Source: a virus (Duplodnaviria > Caudoviricetes). From it: DNA of 64,000 nucleotides. Below, in pieces: positions 40,601-50,500 of the stretch. The notes below the pieces were generated by a model, which saw nothing but the letters and a program-made list of their open reading frames with translations, had not been told where the DNA came from and searched no databases. The stretch lies in the IMG/VR virus record IMGVR_UViG_3300025608_000013, positions 1-64,000 of that record; one strand, given 5' to 3'. A program made the position numbers and the translations under genes. Numbering within the stretch: position 1 is the stretch's first letter; every line of letters begins with the position of its first letter.

Positions 40601-42992
40601 TACCACAGCCGTTGCGTACATAGAACATGTCTAGTTCATTGTTGTTTGTAGGAATAACTAGTTCTTCTTGCGGTTGAATAATGCCGTGCAAGTTAGTTCT
40701 TTCGCTTAATATAACATCCCTTCCTTCTTCTGCAGGACGAATTGTAGTAGAACGTAATTCGTCTCCTACAATAGCAACGTCTTCAGGAACAATAATCGGA
40801 AGGATTTCTGCATAATCACCAGTCATTACACGAATAGTGGCTCCGCCGCGCGGTGGATTTTTAACTAGAGCAGGTAAACTTCCTAGTCCGTTTGCTACTA
40901 CGTCAGTAACGATTGCCATATAGTCTGTAACTTCGTCAGCTGCACCTGTTTCAGATGTAAATGCATCAGTATATTGTGTACTCTTTGTTTGAATACTCGA
41001 ATATAGTGAGTTTGCTATTACGTAATCATTAATTAGGTCACGTGCAAAGTTTAAGGCTGCAACAGTTTGATCCTGTTGACCATTTACTAAGCTAACTGCA
41101 CCATTCCAGTAAGACTGTGCAGATCTTCTTGTCTGCTCATTACCGGTATATGTCATATCTGTAGCCATACTATTAACAATAATAGCTACATCTCTAGCAC
41201 ATTTTTCTGCATTATAAGTAAAGCCGCTCCAAATACCTGTTCCTGCTGCTACATTTGCATCAATCCATGCTGTTGTTTCGTCTTTGATAAAATCTACGTT
41301 CTTTCTCATCAAGTTTGTTGCTCTTTCAAAGAATCTATCACGCAATCCTGAACGATTCTTTTCGTCACGTAGAATATAATTACATGCAAAGCGCAATGTA
41401 CGGAACGGAGCGTTTAATGTTCCGCCTTGCGATTCGTCGTCGATGCCATGTGTTGCAACATAATAAACATAATTGTGCTTATCAATACTATCCCACGCTG
41501 GCAAGTTTGATGTAGCTCTTAATGCTTGTCCTGTTGTACCAATTGCTAAACGCTGTGTGTCAACTGCTGTACTGTCTTGATCATCGTATGTTTTAATATC
41601 ACCAACTCTTGCAAGTTTGTTAGTTAATGTACCTTTGATCATGTATTTCCAGTAAGTGTCATCTGTATTGTTGACATCTAGATCTGGACGACTGTCTGAT
41701 TCTGTAGATCTATGATATTTTAGTGCAATATAGCTAGTACCTTGCCAAGTAACAATATCACCTGGATAGTATTCTACATCGTCTTCCCAAACATTACGGA
41801 ATTGGCGTCCATCCGATAATACTTCCCAAACATTTGGATGCAAATCTGGTTGTTGGTTAAGGTTGTCAGCTGTTGCAAGATATACATTTCCAGAAAAACG
41901 AACTACATCACCAGTTCTATAATTTATAAAACTAGAATCTTCGTTTTGAGTATTCCACTCTCCGAGAAATCTATATGCTACTAGGTTTAAATCCCAATCA
42001 CTAGGGTTAGTACTTGGAATTGTACTTACATTATAAGTTAATGCTTTATATGTGTAACCACCGTAACGTGCAATATCGCCTGGTTGATAGCGTGTACCGT
42101 CTTCCCATTCGCCTTCGTATTCTTGTCCTGGTAGATATACTTGCCATTTATCGCCATCGTCGGTAAATTCTTCACCCGATACGTGTGCAGTAATACATTT
42201 TACTGCTGACGGGCCTCTTTTTACAACATCGTTTACACGATATTTAATTTCAGGTGTCCAATCAAATCTATAATCAGTACCTTCGACTAAAATTTCCCAT
42301 TTACCTTGGTCTTGTTCTAGGCCAATATCGATATTATCTGCACTTGTATGTCCAATTGCACAACGATATACAATACCGCCATATTTAATAATATCATTTG
42401 TTCTGTAGCGTGTGCCAATACCCCAGTCGCCGCGCCAACTGTCGCCGTCTGATAATACTGCCCATTTGTTTTGATCTGATTCAAGACCTACAGCATTTGT
42501 CGAGGCAGAAATATGCTGTTCTAGTGCCTTGTAAACACGACCATTATAGCGTACAATGTCGTTTCGTCTGTATAGTGTGTTAGTTGACCAGTTGTATTTC
42601 CAATCTGTGTCTGATACAGCAACTACTTTCCATTTAGTAATGTCTTCAATAAGACCGTCTGTGCCTGAACTAAATGTTGGGCTTGATACGTGTTCTTCGA
42701 TACATTGATAAATGCCTGAACCATACTTAACAATAGCGCCTTCTGAATACGTTGTGCTAGTTGCCCAGTTTCCTTTCCATACTACACCGTCGGATTGTAG
42801 TTCCCATTTTGGTCTTGCCGGACTTACATCTGCACCTTCAATGTCATTAGAAAAAGTTGATGCTGTGTGTACTCTTAACGCTACGTAGGTTTTACCTTCG
42901 TATTCGATCATATCGTCAACTACATAGTCTGATCCTGATGTCCAAGATCCTTTCCATGTAAATCGAATTCTATTTAACTGAAATTCTGCCAT
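37644..42992 (-). CDS. Long tail fibre-like protein (~1780 aa) with BNR/Asp-box-like propeller insert
   Basis: Same N-terminal repeats and C-terminus (GHDFLDIGTG, FYTSTDQDGNFRVG) as 32807-37606; SQDNGDTW, SPDGVNW, SDDSANW boxes. Confidence 0.75.
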   Translation of the reverse strand: MAEFQLNRIRFTWKGSWTSGSDYVVDDMIEYEGKTYVALRVHTASTFSNDIEGADVSPARPKWELQSDGVVWKGNWATSTTYSEGAIVKYGSGIYQCIEEHVSSPTFSSGTDGLIEDITKWKVVAVSDTDWKYNWSTNTLYRRNDIVRYNGRVYKALEQHISASTNAVGLESDQNKWAVLSDGDSWRGDWGIGTRYRTNDIIKYGGIVYRCAIGHTSADNIDIGLEQDQGKWEILVEGTDYRFDWTPEIKYRVNDVVKRGPSAVKCITAHVSGEEFTDDGDKWQVYLPGQEYEGEWEDGTRYQPGDIARYGGYTYKALTYNVSTIPSTNPSDWDLNLVAYRFLGEWNTQNEDSSFINYRTGDVVRFSGNVYLATADNLNQQPDLHPNVWEVLSDGRQFRNVWEDDVEYYPGDIVTWQGTSYIALKYHRSTESDSRPDLDVNNTDDTYWKYMIKGTLTNKLARVGDIKTYDDQDSTAVDTQRLAIGTTGQALRATSNLPAWDSIDKHNYVYYVATHGIDDESQGGTLNAPFRTLRFACNYILRDEKNRSGLRDRFFERATNLMRKNVDFIKDETTAWIDANVAAGTGIWSGFTYNAEKCARDVAIIVNSMATDMTYTGNEQTRRSAQSYWNGAVSLVNGQQDQTVAALNFARDLINDYVIANSLYSSIQTKSTQYTDAFTSETGAADEVTDYMAIVTDVVANGLGSLPALVKNPPRGGATIRVMTGDYAEILPIIVPEDVAIVGDELRSTTIRPAEEGRDVILSERTNLHGIIQPQEELVIPTNNNELDMFYVRNGCGIRQLSMKGLTGLLSDANDYGTKRPTGGAFVSLDPGEGPDDQRVWVRDKSTYVQGVTTIGNNCVGMKIDGALHNGGNRSVVANDFTQVLSDGIGYWASNGGRSELVSVFTYYAHIGYLAEEGGILRATNGNNSYGTFGSVAEGFSATEIPVTGEVNNQSLEAQVQKTYTDTDEVIAFGYFNAGQHYTSASINTINSAGTGLDVEWNEFRDNAVSDVRILKPEDSSTAGGAGYKFITNFAQSGTATTITLAQSEERLSAQLVGMRIYITSGRGVSQYGWIQSYNEVSKLVTVYKESTNTIGWDNILGANQIELTLDETTKYEIEPRVSVADPDWNSTTNVTRAGLGIMGFAGGNFYYALSGTNDVEVSTNSGTTWTTNQLENSATWSAIAKSGPMMLIASQGSANLHYSNEGTLWDYVNLGQTWDWTGVAVGGRDNDTVILCATGQDNVLKGTITQGVDSSIAPDTWTTVSLPASRDWVDITYGAGLWIAISSDGYTVYSQDNGDTWTGGLLPAPSSPEAYNEIVWGDNKFVASVNDADRIFYSPDGVNWLDSDLVGDSVRQDWNIAYAGGEFIAVGSNGTLLTSDDSANWIQRADLPGYGSVAGGVVNGQPTWLTKDGSDTGVTITGGRRALMRVTVANNNLNRFIVLDPGSGYATTPLVTVTDPEEYIEPLIQTNVNDGVLPQPTFYNRGTGYITAVTTLTGNGYADIYQLGQSLVLKNVAKVPGPGSNLRLAGQPDTIYRIVLVEETSGVAPNFDIKVRISPLIAIDTSPDHEEAITIREDFSQVRLTGHDFLDIGTGNFEDTNYPELYVFGREAINETRQANEIVEANGGRVFYTSTDQDGNFRVGELFRVAQASGGLTLNADFFDLGGLDELRLGGIQVGGTQATIREFSTDNTMTANSDAIIPTQRAIGDYLENRITGGGATLFTNKITAGVVFATNNEIGTTEGIVNFSETTNFTGGVDGDMLANSLFMAAMTSQDDFNG

Positions 42993-43029
42993 TTTCAATA
43001 ATACCTTTTATCTTTATCTATGTATTTAT

Positions 43030-43389
43030 TTAGACCCCAGTAGGGTAAGTGTAATCTTCGTTTATACGTAGTACTAGTTGTCCTTCGTCGTCGATATAAT
43101 ACAACACACTTCTATTATCCCATTTAAATTGTTCATAGTTTAAATTTTCATAAACAATTTGATGTTTAACATCTCTTCCTTCAAAGAAATCTTCACCCAT
43201 TGCAAAGTCTGGATAGTTTTCTGCTGGATCTCCTGATTTATTAATTTCAAGAGCTTCTCCTGCTTTCAGCTGATCAATCTTTGCTAAAAATAATTCGCCT
43301 TCGTCTGTTCTTCTAAAGCCGTAAAAATATCTAGCATCAGTTTGATTTACAAGATCACCTACGCTTTGTCCTAAAAATCCGTCACTCAT
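43030..43389 (-). CDS. Hypothetical virion protein
   Basis: 119-aa ORF, TAATG-coupled to the upstream gene. Confidence 0.6.
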   Translation of the reverse strand: MSDGFLGQSVGDLVNQTDARYFYGFRRTDEGELFLAKIDQLKAGEALEINKSGDPAENYPDFAMGEDFFEGRDVKHQIVYENLNYEQFKWDNRSVLYYIDDEGQLVLRINEDYTYPTGV

Positions 43390-43721
43390 TATACAATCTC
43401 CACTGTGCTTACAATTACGTCAAGTGCGTCAGCTGTATCAGATTCGGCATATAATATGTCGCCGGGCTGTAATACAATCTTTTCACCTTTGCCAATTGGC
43501 TTTAAAGTTGAGTTCGGAGCACATTGTATATCTTTTATTAAGTATACAACAACACTATCACTGCCGCTGCCAATTAAAAGACTTCCGCTTACTACTGATG
43601 TAGTTACGTTAGCCATGCTCAAGCCAATAATTGTTGTTTTTGTCGACGGAGGACTTGTGTAAATAGGTGTTCTTACTGTTCCTACGTCTTTAATTAATGC
43701 ATTTTTAAAATTCGTTGCCAT
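43389..43721 (-). CDS. Small virion beta protein (paralogous family)
   Basis: IYTSP..TTIIGLSMAN..GEKIVL. Confidence 0.6.
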   Translation of the reverse strand: MATNFKNALIKDVGTVRTPIYTSPPSTKTTIIGLSMANVTTSVVSGSLLIGSGSDSVVVYLIKDIQCAPNSTLKPIGKGEKIVLQPGDILYAESDTADALDVIVSTVEIV

Positions 43722-43733
43722 TTTTCTTTCCTA

Positions 43734-46700
43734 TTACAATAGAATTGCAAACTTAATTGCAATGTCCTCTGCGTCATTAAAACTTACAGCACCAGTTGAT
43801 CCTGCAACAGATACCCAGTTGCCGCCAATATCATAAATCTCAACACGATCTTCGACTGTGTTGTAGCGCATCATACCAGTTTCTGGTGTTGGATGGCGTT
43901 CTTCGTTGTTACCCGATGGAATAACAAATCCGCCTGTGCCAGGTACTTTAAAATATCCTGTTCCAACCTGTTCTAGTACTGTGACATCGCCGTCTACTAG
44001 GTTAGTAATTGTTCCGCCGTTAAATGCAAAGTTCTCAATACTAATAGTACCAGTACCGTTTGCACGTAGTTCTAAGTCTTGATTAGTGGTAATAGTTTGT
44101 AGTGTATTACCACTAATTTCAATGTCGTCAACTTGCAGTTTAGCTACATCAAATCTTTCTGTATTTACATCAGCTACAAGTACACCACCTGCATAAAAAC
44201 GTAATGTATCATCGTCTGCACCTGGAGTAAGTTCTGGCGTAATGTATGTATCGCGGTCTTGATCGTACACACCGCCTAGCTCTGACCATTCACCGTCATA
44301 TGCTTCGAAAACACCACTTTCAGTATTGTAACGAATCATACCAACTTCTGGAGTTCCGGGGCGTTCTGCTGTTGTACCTTTTGGAATTACTAAACTACCA
44401 GTGCCTTGTATTTCTACAACATCTGCACTTGGTGATAATATAATACTTCCTGAATCATTAGTAATAGTATTATCTTTAATTTTGATATCGTCAATAACAA
44501 CACTACCAGAAGCATTAGTAATAAGGTTGATATCACCTACTGAGTCTGTAGCCTTAATGTAGTTATCATTAATTTCTAGTGTGTCTACTAGTACCTTGCC
44601 AGTATGTAATTCTTGCCATGCAAGATTTTCGCTACCTAAATTATAAGTGTCAGTCACAGCTGGAAGTAGATCACTGTCAATTGCTGCTGTGATTTGAATA
44701 CTATCAGTTGCAGCATCACCTAGTGTAATGTTGCCGCCAATTGTTACATTACCAGTAACATCTAAACTACCTGTAATATTAACATCATCTTGTAGATTAA
44801 TTGTTCCGCTTGCTGCGTCAAAGTTTAAGTCGCCGCTGATACTTTCTACAGTATTACCGCTGAATTTAATATTACCTGTTTGTACTTTTGTGCCGTCAAT
44901 GATTGTAGTGTTACTACCGTCGGTAAATGTAATACCTTCGTTATTATTAAACAAGAATTCTGCATTTGTAAACGAAACTTCACCAGTTTCTTGGTTAACA
45001 CGGAATAAATCGCCTACTCTAAAATCACCTTTGTGATCAACTGTTGAGTAGTAAACATTTGCATCGTTTAGAGAAACAACTTCGTTTTCTTGAATAACAG
45101 TGCTTGTATCGTTGCTAACATCTTTACCATTACCAATATATGCAAAGTTTTGTCCAATTAGATATGCAACAACACCCGGACCGTCAGCATAGATACCATA
45201 GTTGCCGTAAACACTAGCACTTGCAATTGCACGAATTTCTGCACCAAAGTCTGAGTAATCAACCAGCTCAAATTTTTCAGCAGTGTCGCCGCCACTGAAT
45301 CTAATATCTTGTACAAATTGATTATCGTCTACAATAACTTGACTTCCAGTTTCGCCGTCCATGTGTAACATTAAAACAGTAGTTGAAGTTACAGGAAGTG
45401 CTGTTGTAGGAGCAGTAAAATTACTACTATAACCGCTACCTTTTCTAACTCTAAAATCGTCTATTCTTAAATGAGCTGCATTATTACCTGTATAATCTGC
45501 TCCTAATTTAAGTGATTTAGTTAAACCTAAATTTGTAGAATTACTATTAGAAGATATATTACTACCATTAAGATATATTATCAAGTTAGATGAAACTCTT
45601 GAAACAGCAATATGATACCATGTATTTGAAACTAAAGTATTAGCTGGTTCTAATATATCAGTTTGACCAATTGCTAGTTTTAAATTTTTACTAGAATCTA
45701 TTCTAAGATTTAGCCCTGCTGCATCGATAGCACTTCCGGCTCTAAGATCAAAAAGATAACTGTCACTTACAGGATCAGATAATAATCTAAACCAACCTTC
45801 GATACTAAAGTCACCTGTACCAAATCCAAAGTCGGGTTGTGTTATTATTTCTGCATAATCGTCAGTCCCGTCTAATAGAAGAGATGCATTGCCTATTTGA
45901 GAAACATTTTGACTTATATTTGCGCCATTTTTAGCAGTTACAGTTTTTCTTGCTCTTGTAGGTGCAAGTGACCAACCAGTTACTTTGCCGTCTAAGTAAA
46001 AATAATCTCCGTCGGCAGTTTCTACAGTTCCGGTTGCTAGTACAGTTGTACCGTCTGTATCGTAATATGTTAGTGTTTCGCCATTAGCAACGGCGCCGCT
46101 TAGGCCACTTACTTTTAGTTTAGTTTTACCATTACCTGCAATGCCATCTGCACTATCATAAAAGTCCATACCCCTGTCAGCAAAGTATGTAAAGCTGTTA
46201 AGCCATTCTATTCTTGCACCGTTAGTAGCTTTTAAAGCTGTAACGCCTGGAGTAATAAATGTAACGGCATGGAAAAGCATACTTGCTTCCCTGCTAGTTG
46301 ATGCAACTACACTACCGTCTAAGAATACACCGGCTCCTGCGTCACCTGCATCAAATCCTCTTGGATCTGCACTAGTAACTGTAGTACCTTGTGTAATGAC
46401 ACTTATATTACGCACATAAGGTGAACGTTGTGTTACGTTCATACTTGGCGCAAAGCGGAAAGCATATCCTTTATCGTTATTACTGTCGTAATAGAAGTTT
46501 TTAATAGTAAGTTCTTCAACAGTTGACTCGCCGTTCATTAAGAACACGTCTTCTGATTGGCTAGTGCTGTCTGGTGTAATTTCAACACTACGTAGACTTT
46601 CACCGCGTACTGTTACGCCTTGTGGAACTGTTAGTGGAAATACTTCTTGATATTGTCCTGGATACAAATAAACAGTATCGCCTGCTTGTGCAACACTTAG

Positions 46701-47456
46701 TGCAAATTCAATTGTTCTAACTGGGTCTTGTGGATGTGCTCCAGTAGATAAATCTGAACCGTTTTGTGCTACGTAAATAACATTACCGGGTGTTGAAGTT
46801 AAATCTAAGTCACCAAAGTCAATATCGTTGGTTGTTAGTGTATCGACATATGTGTTGTTTACATACGCTGTTAACCAACGTTTTGTTTCGCTACCAATTG
46901 AATAAATTTCATTTTGATCTGGAATAATGTCACTTGCAATTTCAGCGTTAATTGTAATAGTATCAGTATCTTCGTCACCAATTTGAATGTCGCCGTCTGC
47001 TGTAATATTACCAGTAGCATGAAGGTTACCTGTAATAGTAGTATTACCTTCAATGTTAACGTTACCAGTGCCATTGGCTCTAATAAACAAGTCACTGTTA
47101 GTGTTTGTATTTTCAATAAAACTATCGTTAATTTCTAAGTCGCCAACAAGAACTCTATTACCGACAATAACACTGTCAGTAGTTGCAATTCTAAATTCTT
47201 GTGCGCTTGTAGAAATTGTATTTGTACTACCGTTAATTGTTACATTACCGATATTAAATACTGGATTTGTGATTTCTAAATCTGTTACCCGTGCTATACC
47301 ATCAACATCGAGGGGATATTGCGGACTTGTTGTTTTAACACCGATTCGACGGTTGTTAACATCAAGATATAAGAGGTCTGTCTCAAACGCTAAATCTACT
47401 CCATCACGTAGTAGATTCGACTTCAAGAGCGGACCGGAAATACGACCAATTGCCAT
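43734..47456 (-). CDS. Tail fibre-like protein (1240 aa) with LamG/concanavalin-like insert
   Basis: MAIGRISG start; DFGFGTGDFSIEGW..WYHIAVSR..IYLNG..IDDFRV LamG motif; IPKGTTAERP..GMIRYNT modules. Confidence 0.75.
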   Translation of the reverse strand: MAIGRISGPLLKSNLLRDGVDLAFETDLLYLDVNNRRIGVKTTSPQYPLDVDGIARVTDLEITNPVFNIGNVTINGSTNTISTSAQEFRIATTDSVIVGNRVLVGDLEINDSFIENTNTNSDLFIRANGTGNVNIEGNTTITGNLHATGNITADGDIQIGDEDTDTITINAEIASDIIPDQNEIYSIGSETKRWLTAYVNNTYVDTLTTNDIDFGDLDLTSTPGNVIYVAQNGSDLSTGAHPQDPVRTIEFALSVAQAGDTVYLYPGQYQEVFPLTVPQGVTVRGESLRSVEITPDSTSQSEDVFLMNGESTVEELTIKNFYYDSNNDKGYAFRFAPSMNVTQRSPYVRNISVITQGTTVTSADPRGFDAGDAGAGVFLDGSVVASTSREASMLFHAVTFITPGVTALKATNGARIEWLNSFTYFADRGMDFYDSADGIAGNGKTKLKVSGLSGAVANGETLTYYDTDGTTVLATGTVETADGDYFYLDGKVTGWSLAPTRARKTVTAKNGANISQNVSQIGNASLLLDGTDDYAEIITQPDFGFGTGDFSIEGWFRLLSDPVSDSYLFDLRAGSAIDAAGLNLRIDSSKNLKLAIGQTDILEPANTLVSNTWYHIAVSRVSSNLIIYLNGSNISSNSNSTNLGLTKSLKLGADYTGNNAAHLRIDDFRVRKGSGYSSNFTAPTTALPVTSTTVLMLHMDGETGSQVIVDDNQFVQDIRFSGGDTAEKFELVDYSDFGAEIRAIASASVYGNYGIYADGPGVVAYLIGQNFAYIGNGKDVSNDTSTVIQENEVVSLNDANVYYSTVDHKGDFRVGDLFRVNQETGEVSFTNAEFLFNNNEGITFTDGSNTTIIDGTKVQTGNIKFSGNTVESISGDLNFDAASGTINLQDDVNITGSLDVTGNVTIGGNITLGDAATDSIQITAAIDSDLLPAVTDTYNLGSENLAWQELHTGKVLVDTLEINDNYIKATDSVGDINLITNASGSVVIDDIKIKDNTITNDSGSIILSPSADVVEIQGTGSLVIPKGTTAERPGTPEVGMIRYNTESGVFEAYDGEWSELGGVYDQDRDTYITPELTPGADDDTLRFYAGGVLVADVNTERFDVAKLQVDDIEISGNTLQTITTNQDLELRANGTGTISIENFAFNGGTITNLVDGDVTVLEQVGTGYFKVPGTGGFVIPSGNNEERHPTPETGMMRYNTVEDRVEIYDIGGNWVSVAGSTGAVSFNDAEDIAIKFAILL

Positions 47457-47575
47457 CTCTTCTCCTCAGCACGGGGATCCTGTCCCTCCAACCAAATTCT
47501 CATCCCCTAAAGGCTCTTTGCTGGTTGACCACAGTCTGGATTGCAAATGTCTTGGTCTACACTTGCATACAATAG
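47457..47575 (-). ncRNA. Candidate structured 5' leader RNA
   Basis: ~120-nt GC-rich UTR between GATAAATA (47583-47576) and SD GAGGAG, with several complementary segments. Confidence 0.45.
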
Positions 47576-47595
47576 TATTTATCCAAAGATGGGAT

Positions 47596-50500
47596 TTAGT
47601 CTAGGATAACGTTCCAAAGGAAGTTTAATTCTTCAACATCAGCTTCTTCTAGAGATTCGACATTACCAATTGAGATTTGCCACTGTGTTCCTGTATAAAC
47701 TTCTAGATATTCTTGTTCAGTGTTGTAACGAATATGTCCACGTTCTGGACTTACAGGACGAGCTGCATCATTGCCGAACGGAGTAACAATACCACTTACG
47801 TTATCAATTTTAAGATAAGAAGTTCCAATAGTATCGGTTAGATTAAAACTAAATGTTGGTGCAGCGGTTGTATCACGCAATACACCGTTTTGGAATGTTA
47901 AATCTTCAATAATAGTTTTACCTGTGCCGTTAGAGCGCAAATAAACTCTTCCGTTTGTTTCTGCACTTGTAACTATATTACCGTCAATTTTAAATTTATT
48001 ATCACTTGTAAATTGATCAGTAAATAATCCAAAATTATTTAAAACTGCACGGCTAGTATTGTCAGTTACAAAGCTATATTGATTATTAGATAAGTCTAAG
48101 AATGTTCTGCGTGATGTTGAAAATATGCCTTCTAGCGATACACTACCGATTCCTACTACACCTTCAAAAACATCAAAGTCTGTGTTATATCTTAGACCAC
48201 CTGTAACAGTTGGACGTTGGGCAGTGGTACCTTTGTTAACTAGCAAGTGACTAGTTGCGTCTATATCAAGATTATTAGTAGCTAATACAAGATTTCTAGT
48301 AGTTCCGCCGATATTGTTTGTAACAGCTTCCCAGTAGTCTAACACGGGTTCTGTTGTTGGAAAACTATAATTACCTGATTCTATGATTCCGATTATAATT
48401 CCGTCTGCTAGTCTTAAATCGCTAGGAGATGCAGGCGTCCATAGGTCTTCTATGTCTGCATCCCTCCAAGTATTTGATCCTGCATAAGTTGACAATGCAA
48501 GGTAAAAATACTCATAAACTAAATTTTCATAATTTAAACCTGTAGGGTCAGTATACCGTGCAAACGGTGGATAGTTATAACTTGGTAGTCCACCTGCTTG
48601 GAATCCTCCACGAGCATTATCCATAGCAACTGTTAACGCTGTAGGACGATTAAAGCCTAAATCGCTGTATGCAACTGTGTAACCTTGTTTGATAAGGAAA
48701 TATCTTAAAATTCTTTCTAATGTTTGATCTCTGTTCCCGCCAACACTATCACCTTGGAAATTGTTCATTTCATTTTCATAAACACTTGTTGTACGTGATT
48801 TCCAAGATCCTAATGCAGCATTTATTACTGTTTCGTCAGCACTATTTGCATAGACAACAATTCCTTTGTCGCCGTTGATAAATTCTGCATACATAGTAGC
48901 ATCGTCAACTACTCCGTCGTAGTCATTGTCTAAATATCCTGCTAATAAGTTAGCTGCATGAATCATTGCAGCACGAGATGCTAGTGCAGTACGCATTACT
49001 GGAATGCCGTATACTTCTACACTTTCTGGAAAATACTGTGTCAAACTTTCAAAACTATCAAAAATTTCTAGAGATGATTCGTCAGTCTCAAGTACCGTAA
49101 ATTCGCCAGCTCTATCAAATTTACTTGCAATAGTATTATCACTTATTTCTACATTTTCAAAATATACTTTACCAGTATTGTTTGCACGTAGTTCTAAATC
49201 AGCGTTACTTAATGTTGTACTAATACTTGTAGGAGAAATTGTAATGTCATTAATCGATGCAAGATTAACGTATGTATTACGCCACGTTTTACCAACATCA
49301 CCAATTTTATGAGCTTCACTTCCGCCCGGTAATAGATCCTGTTCTAGTCTAACATTAAAGTCTACAGTATCAGTAGGTTCGTCACCGATATTGATTACTG
49401 TACCACCAATAGTAATATCGCCTACAATATCTACATTTCCTGATACATTAGTGTTTGTAAGGAAGTTTAAATCTGTTGTAAATGCTTTTAAGTTTAAATC
49501 GTTACTGGTTGTAAGTACTGTATTTCCAGTAACATAAATGTTGTCAAGGCGTAATTGAGTAGCATCAATGTATGCTTCTGAGTCGTCACCAATAATTTTA
49601 ACAACGGAGTTAGTAGCAAAGATACTTTCAATATCAAAAGTAGTCCTACCGTTTACTTGATCTACTTGAAAAAAGTCGCCTACATTAAAATTGCCTTTTT
49701 CATCTTGACTTGTGTAGTAGACTTTTGCATCATTTGATGTTATAGTAATATTGTCTGCATTTGATAAACTTGCATCGTTTGACGAATCTTTGCCTGCGCC
49801 AATGTAAGCAAAGTTATGATTGATTAAATAAAATATACAATCAGCGCCATCGGCCTCGGCACCTACGTTGCCGTATACGTTTGCACTGCCAATTGAACGC
49901 AATTCTACACCATACTGTCTTGTGCTGTCAGGTAATAAACGACCTTGCTCGCCTTGGCTTGCAACCATACCTTTGCTGGCAAAATAAATGAAGCTGTTAA
50001 GCCATTCAACTCTTACACCATTACGCATTACAATACATTCTACACCTGGTGTAAAGAATGTTGCACTTTGGAACAACATAGTAGCATTTGTACTATTTTC
50101 GTTTACATTACGACCATCGATAAGGGCACCTCGTCCTGCATCACCCGAGTCATAACCTCGTGGATCGCTAGGTGAAGTTGTTGTGCCTTTCGTAAGTACA
50201 GTTACATTACGAATATAAGGACTACGTGCACCTGATACATAATCGTCTGCAAAACGGAAAGCATATCCTGTATCTGCTTCACTGTTATAGTAGTAGTCTT
50301 TAATAGTGACATTTTCTATGTTTGATCCGCCTTGAAAAACAAATGCATCATTTGATTGCGTTTCTGTAGTTGGATAAATTTCTACGCCTCTTATACTGTC
50401 ACCTTGTATAGTAACGTCACTAGGTACTACTAGAGGAAAATCTTCTTGATATTGTCCAGGATAGATGAAGATGTTATCACCTGGCTGTGCAATACTTAAT

